In this document: positions 16,479 to 20,000 of the stretch, piece by piece
Position numbering within the stretch: position 1 is the first letter of the stretch
Layout: every line of letters starts with the position of its first letter
Origin: Lentisphaeria bacterium
GTDB lineage: Bacteria > Verrucomicrobiota > Lentisphaeria > JABSQK01 > JAWLHB01
NCBI GenBank assembly: GCA_041690595.1
Contig: JAWLHB010000011.1
Coordinates: forward strand, 177,794-197,793
DNA: 20,000 nucleotides
Direction of reading: 5' to 3'
Notes under the pieces: model-generated
Told to the model about the DNA's origin: nothing
Databases searched by the model: none
What the model saw: only the letters and a program-made list of their open reading frames with translations
Program-made: the position numbers and the translations under genes

Positions 16479-17561
16479 TCAGTGATAGAGGTTGGGTAGC
16501 TCGCGGGCGTGACGATCGAGACCGTCGATGATGGCGCGGCAACTGTTGCGCCAGCGATGTTCGGGGATGTCTTCGGTGATGCCCATGATGATGCCGTCGA
16601 TGGCGTCGAGCTGGTTGAGGAGGTCGACGGTGTGTTGCTCGACTTGCCGGTCGTCGTGGAGGTGGAGGCTGGAGGGGAAGTTGAGCCAGATAACCTTGTC
16701 GGGCCAGGCCTTGCGGGCTTCGGCGAGGGACATGTCGGTGTCCGGGGCGGGGGTGAAGGCCTCGATGTAGTCGAGGGCGGTGCCGGCGATGGCGGGGGCC
16801 ATGAGTCGGCAGTTGGCGTCGAAGTGGCAGCCGAGGAGCTTGCCGTGGCGGTGCATGATCTCGGCGGCTTCGTTGTAGTGGGGGACATAGTAGTTGACGA
16901 AGCTGTCGAGGCCGATGATCTCGACGGTGACGTTGCCACCGTAGTTGGCGTGGAGCGCGGGAGAGGCGGCGATGATGGGGTAGAGGGTGCGGCGTTTCTC
17001 GACCATGATCTGGTAGAGGGCGAGGAGTTCGTCGCGGTTGTCCATCCATTCCATGCAGAAGCGCTGCATGCCGAGCATGTTGCCGGAGACGAGGAGTTGG
17101 AGGGGTTCGAGGCCGATGCCGGCGCGAAAGATGATGTCCTCGCCGAAGGCGGCTTCCGCGGCGGCGAAGGGGGCATAGCTGGCTGCGTACTGCTCGTCCT
17201 GGAGGAGGAAGCGGAGGGCCTTGTAGTCGTCGGGCGACTTGAACATGTACTCGAGGGTCCAACTGGTGAAGCCGGCGGGCTCGCGCAGGGTGGAGAGGGT
17301 GCCGACGGGGGTCTCGTACCAGGTACGGATGCGCGGCTTGCCGCCCTCTGTATAGTGTTCGTCGCGGATGCGGATGTTTGGCCAGTGAACCTTGTGGACG
17401 GGGATGTCGCGGCGGACGATGCAGAGGCCGCGGTTGCGCATCTCGCGCTCGGCGGTGCATTGCGGAATCTTGTGCTCGTAGATGGTGAAGGGGACGCGAT
17501 CGGCATGTCCTCCGCGCAGAACTCGCTCGACCCGTTTCCGGGGCGTCAACGTCTCTTGCAT
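16479..17561 (-). CDS. Uroporphyrinogen decarboxylase (URO-D)/MtaA-like TIM-barrel family protein
   Basis: N-terminal 'TPRKRVERVLRGGHADRVP', plus 'ETPVGTL', 'YYVPHYNEAAEIMHRHGK..GCHFDA' and 'MSLAEARKAW'. ATG at 17561 with AAGGA RBS, giving 360 aa. Confidence 0.8.
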   Translation of the reverse strand: MQETLTPRKRVERVLRGGHADRVPFTIYEHKIPQCTAEREMRNRGLCIVRRDIPVHKVHWPNIRIRDEHYTEGGKPRIRTWYETPVGTLSTLREPAGFTSWTLEYMFKSPDDYKALRFLLQDEQYAASYAPFAAAEAAFGEDIIFRAGIGLEPLQLLVSGNMLGMQRFCMEWMDNRDELLALYQIMVEKRRTLYPIIAASPALHANYGGNVTVEIIGLDSFVNYYVPHYNEAAEIMHRHGKLLGCHFDANCRLMAPAIAGTALDYIEAFTPAPDTDMSLAEARKAWPDKVIWLNFPSSLHLHDDRQVEQHTVDLLNQLDAIDGIIMGITEDIPEHRWRNSCRAIIDGLDRHARELPNLYH

Positions 17562-17675
17562 CGTCACATCCTTCTTGCTGGTCAGGGTGGTCAGGGCTCT
17601 TTCGTCGCAGAGTAGACAGTACCGTTTCTTTCCGCTGGTGCAATGGACGCCGGGGGCAGAAGGCGGAGATTTGTA

Positions 17676-17720
17676 TTGACGCTGAAGCGAAGTGAATCTA
17701 TCAGTAGCGTGACGATTCAT
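17676..17720. promoter_or_regulatory. Possible promoter/operator in the divergent intergenic region
   Basis: TTGACG at 17676, a 17-nt spacer, then a weak -10 (TATCAG). Overlaps the inverted repeat TGAATC-N15-GATTCA (17693-17719). Confidence 0.25.
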
Positions 17721-17745
17721 TAACCCGAAGCCTGGAGAGAGCGGC

Positions 17746-18324
17746 ATGCCACGACCACCGATTCTACCCGTACCCGATCGAAGCGCTATCTTTGCCAGCG
17801 GCCGAAGCTGGGAAGAGTGGTTGGCGCATCCAGATGAGCCCGAGCAGGGGGAGCGCCTTCGCGCGGTGCTGGATGAGGTAGAGCTGCCCGCCTACGTCTG
17901 CGGCGCGCTTGCCGCGATCGAGCGGCCAGTGAACATCATCGCGATCGCGGAGAGCTGGTGCGGAGATGTGATCCGCCACGCGCCGGTGCTGGCGCGCATG
18001 TGCGAGGCAAGCACGAATGTGCATCTGCGCTTTGTTTCACGCGAGCAGTATCCGGACTTCTTCGCGCGCTTCCTGACGAATGGTGGCGAGGCGATCCCGA
18101 AGTTCGTCTTCTGCAACGATGCCTTCGTGGAGACGGGGCACTGGGGGCCGATGCCGGCGATCACGCGGCACTGGATCTCCCAGGGGAAAGCCTGCGACGA
18201 CGTGAAGGGTGCGCGCCGGAAGGTGGCGGCCTTCTACGAGCTGGACCGGCATGAGACGACGATAGGCGAGCTGCTCGAGCAGATCCTCATTGCTGCCTTC
18301 CCTGGCTTCGGGCAGGAAGGCTGA
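17746..18324 (+). CDS. Thioredoxin-family protein (Thioredoxin_9-like, single-Cys WCGD)
   Basis: Motifs 'IAESWCGDV', 'LTNGGEAIPKFVF' and 'WGPMP'. GGAGAG RBS. Confidence 0.85.
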   Translation: MPRPPILPVPDRSAIFASGRSWEEWLAHPDEPEQGERLRAVLDEVELPAYVCGALAAIERPVNIIAIAESWCGDVIRHAPVLARMCEASTNVHLRFVSREQYPDFFARFLTNGGEAIPKFVFCNDAFVETGHWGPMPAITRHWISQGKACDDVKGARRKVAAFYELDRHETTIGELLEQILIAAFPGFGQEG

Positions 18325-18368
18325 CCCTCTATTCACCCTATGGAACGACTGCACGGAGGACAAGGACC

Positions 18369-19184
18369 ATGGCCCTTCAACAGGCACAGATCGAGCAATT
18401 TCGCACCCACGGCTATACGACGGAACCAGCGTTCTTTTCGGCGCGGGAGATCGAGGCGATACGGGCGGAGCTGGAACGGCTGAAGCGGGACGGCAAACTG
18501 CGAAACGTCAGCACCGAGGGGGATGGGGCGACGCATTCCACTCAGGCGGTGAACCTGCAGTTGTGCCCGATGTACAGCCACAGTCCGCTCATTCGGGCGC
18601 TGCCCTTCGAGCCGAAGGTGATCGATGCGGTCACCAGCCTGATCGGAGAGCCGATCCTCCTGCACCTCGACCAGGTCTTTCTGAAGCCGGGTGGTCATGG
18701 GGCCGGCACCAACTGGCACCAGGACAACGCGTATTTCAAGATTCGCGACCCGATGAAGGGGACGGCGATGTGGATCGCGGTTCATGACGCCACGATCGCC
18801 AACGGCACCATGCGGGTCATTCCGGACAGCTACAAGGAGGTCTATGAGCATACGCGCGACCCCTTCAGCGACCATCACATCCGCTGCTATCCGCCCGAGG
18901 AGAAGGCGGTGCCGCTGGAACTGCCGGCCGGCGGGGTGGCCTTTTTCTGCTATGGGACCGCGCATTGCACCGGCGCCAATAGAACGGAGAAGGAGCGCGC
19001 GGGGGTCGCCCTGCACTTCCTCCGCTCGGAGTATGCCAACGATGACCTGATTGCGCCGGACCGCGACTACCGTCCGTACCTGACGGGCGAGCAGGCTACG
19101 GGGGGGCGCAAGGAATACGGGGCTCTCGTCGCCGGTACCTGGCAGCGGGAAGTGGATGCGGCCCTGGCGGGCGCGACGGCCTGA
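18369..19184 (+). CDS. Phytanoyl-CoA dioxygenase (PhyH)-family Fe(II)/2-oxoglutarate dioxygenase
   Basis: 'FLKPG...WHQD' (HxD), 'WIAVHDATIANG', distal His in 'HCTGANRT' and Arg in 'ERAG'. AAGGA RBS. Confidence 0.9.
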   Translation: MALQQAQIEQFRTHGYTTEPAFFSAREIEAIRAELERLKRDGKLRNVSTEGDGATHSTQAVNLQLCPMYSHSPLIRALPFEPKVIDAVTSLIGEPILLHLDQVFLKPGGHGAGTNWHQDNAYFKIRDPMKGTAMWIAVHDATIANGTMRVIPDSYKEVYEHTRDPFSDHHIRCYPPEEKAVPLELPAGGVAFFCYGTAHCTGANRTEKERAGVALHFLRSEYANDDLIAPDRDYRPYLTGEQATGGRKEYGALVAGTWQREVDAALAGATA

Positions 19185-19204
19185 TTCAGGGGGGCTCCCA
19201 TATT

Positions 19205-19905
19205 TCGGGCCTGACGAGGCTGAGGCCTGCCGCCGGTGGCTGATCCTCCTGGGGGAAGCCACTCATAGTGTAGGAGGCGTTCTCCGAACGGCGATCATGC
19301 GTACAGCCAACTCAGAAGAAGATACAAAAATCTCCCCAGATGTTGCTGCTCCATCCCCCTATGAGGCCGGGCCTGTCGAGGCGAAAGTGTGGCCACCATT
19401 CTATGGGTGGCCACTCATAAAGTGGGAGGCGTTCTCCGAACGGCGATCATGCGTACAGCCATACCAGAAGAAGCCAGAAAACCTCTCCAGATGTTGCTGC
19501 ACCAGCCCCAAGTGTGAGATGCCCCACAATGTCGGGCCTGTGGAGGCTGAAGGCTGCAGCTGCTGGCCACCATGTCATGGGTGGCCACTTATAATGTGGG
19601 AGGCGTTCTCCGAACGGCGATCATACGTACAGCCATATCAGAAGAAGCCAGAAAACCTCTCCAGATGTTGCTGCACCAGCCCCTGTGAGGCCGGGCCTGT
19701 CGAGGCTAAGTCTTGGGTGATTGTGCTCACGTGGGCAGATGGCAAAGCGCAAGTCGCGGTTCGGAGAACCCCTCCCACATTGCCGTCAAGGCTAACCGCC
19801 TGGAACTGTGCATCAAGAATAGCGTCGGCAATGGCTTGTGGTTATGAAGGTAACCTTGCGCCTGCAGCTGCTGGCCACCACGACGTGGGTGGCCACTTAT
19901 AAATG
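19205..19905. repeat. REP array 4
   Basis: REP-B (+) at 19270 (GTAG variant), 19422 and 19596. Inverted REP-A at 19753-19778. The long linker at about 19790-19895 matches the reverse complement of the array 1 linker. Confidence 0.93.
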
Positions 19906-20000
19906 TGACGGCAATGTATGCCCATTGACTTGCAGAGTTTGGTTGACGAGGCCACCGTTTCTACGGCTTGCGGGTGTGGTGAACCGGCAAGTGGTGGACG

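Noticed and set aside
11358..17643. Long alternative-frame and antisense ORFs (11358-12863 -, 13017-15251 +, 15474-16379 +, 16509-17615 +, 16373-17506 -, 16441-17643 -)
   Set aside because: They overlap better-supported genes, and their low-complexity R/P/G/S/V-rich composition is typical of high-GC shadow frames.
4295..19778. Integron attC sites or MITE with target-site duplication
   Set aside because: There is no integrase and no single-gene cassette organisation, and no consistent TSD flanks the doublets.
19156..19902. 248-aa ORF across array 4
   Set aside because: It consists of REP modules, overlaps the phyH end, and equivalent modules are frameshifted or stopped in other arrays.

Overview
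Bacterial window, GC-rich from carB onward, probably from the PVC superphylum (Lentisphaeria-like; inferred from the pilin style and gene mix). It has a 100-N scaffold gap at 10787-10886. From left to right it contains: (1) the end of a type II secretion/type IV pseudopilin cassette (truncated GspJ/PilW-like gene, 870-aa GspK/PilX-like gene, small exported protein, GspG-like pseudopilin); (2) a stand-alone carB; (3) a REP-associated HUH/Y1 tyrosine transposase (RAYT); (4) a 53-aa YqaE/Pmp3 gene missing from the ORF track; (5) a GT-C glycosyltransferase, a YetA/PL26-like protein, a HEAT+TlpA-like protein without CxxC, a URO-D-family protein, a thioredoxin-like protein and a PhyH-family dioxygenase. 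The main feature is a RAYT/REP system. Four large intergenic arrays hold 21 full 26-nt GTGG-type REPs in two covarying variants (A: GTGGGAGGGGTTCTCCGAACCGCGAC; B: GTGGGAGGCGTTCTCCGAACGGCGAT). The REPs form unusually long (~185 bp) A/B inverted doublets with a second conserved hairpin and shuffled internal modules, in 319-, 146- and 152-174-bp tandem units.
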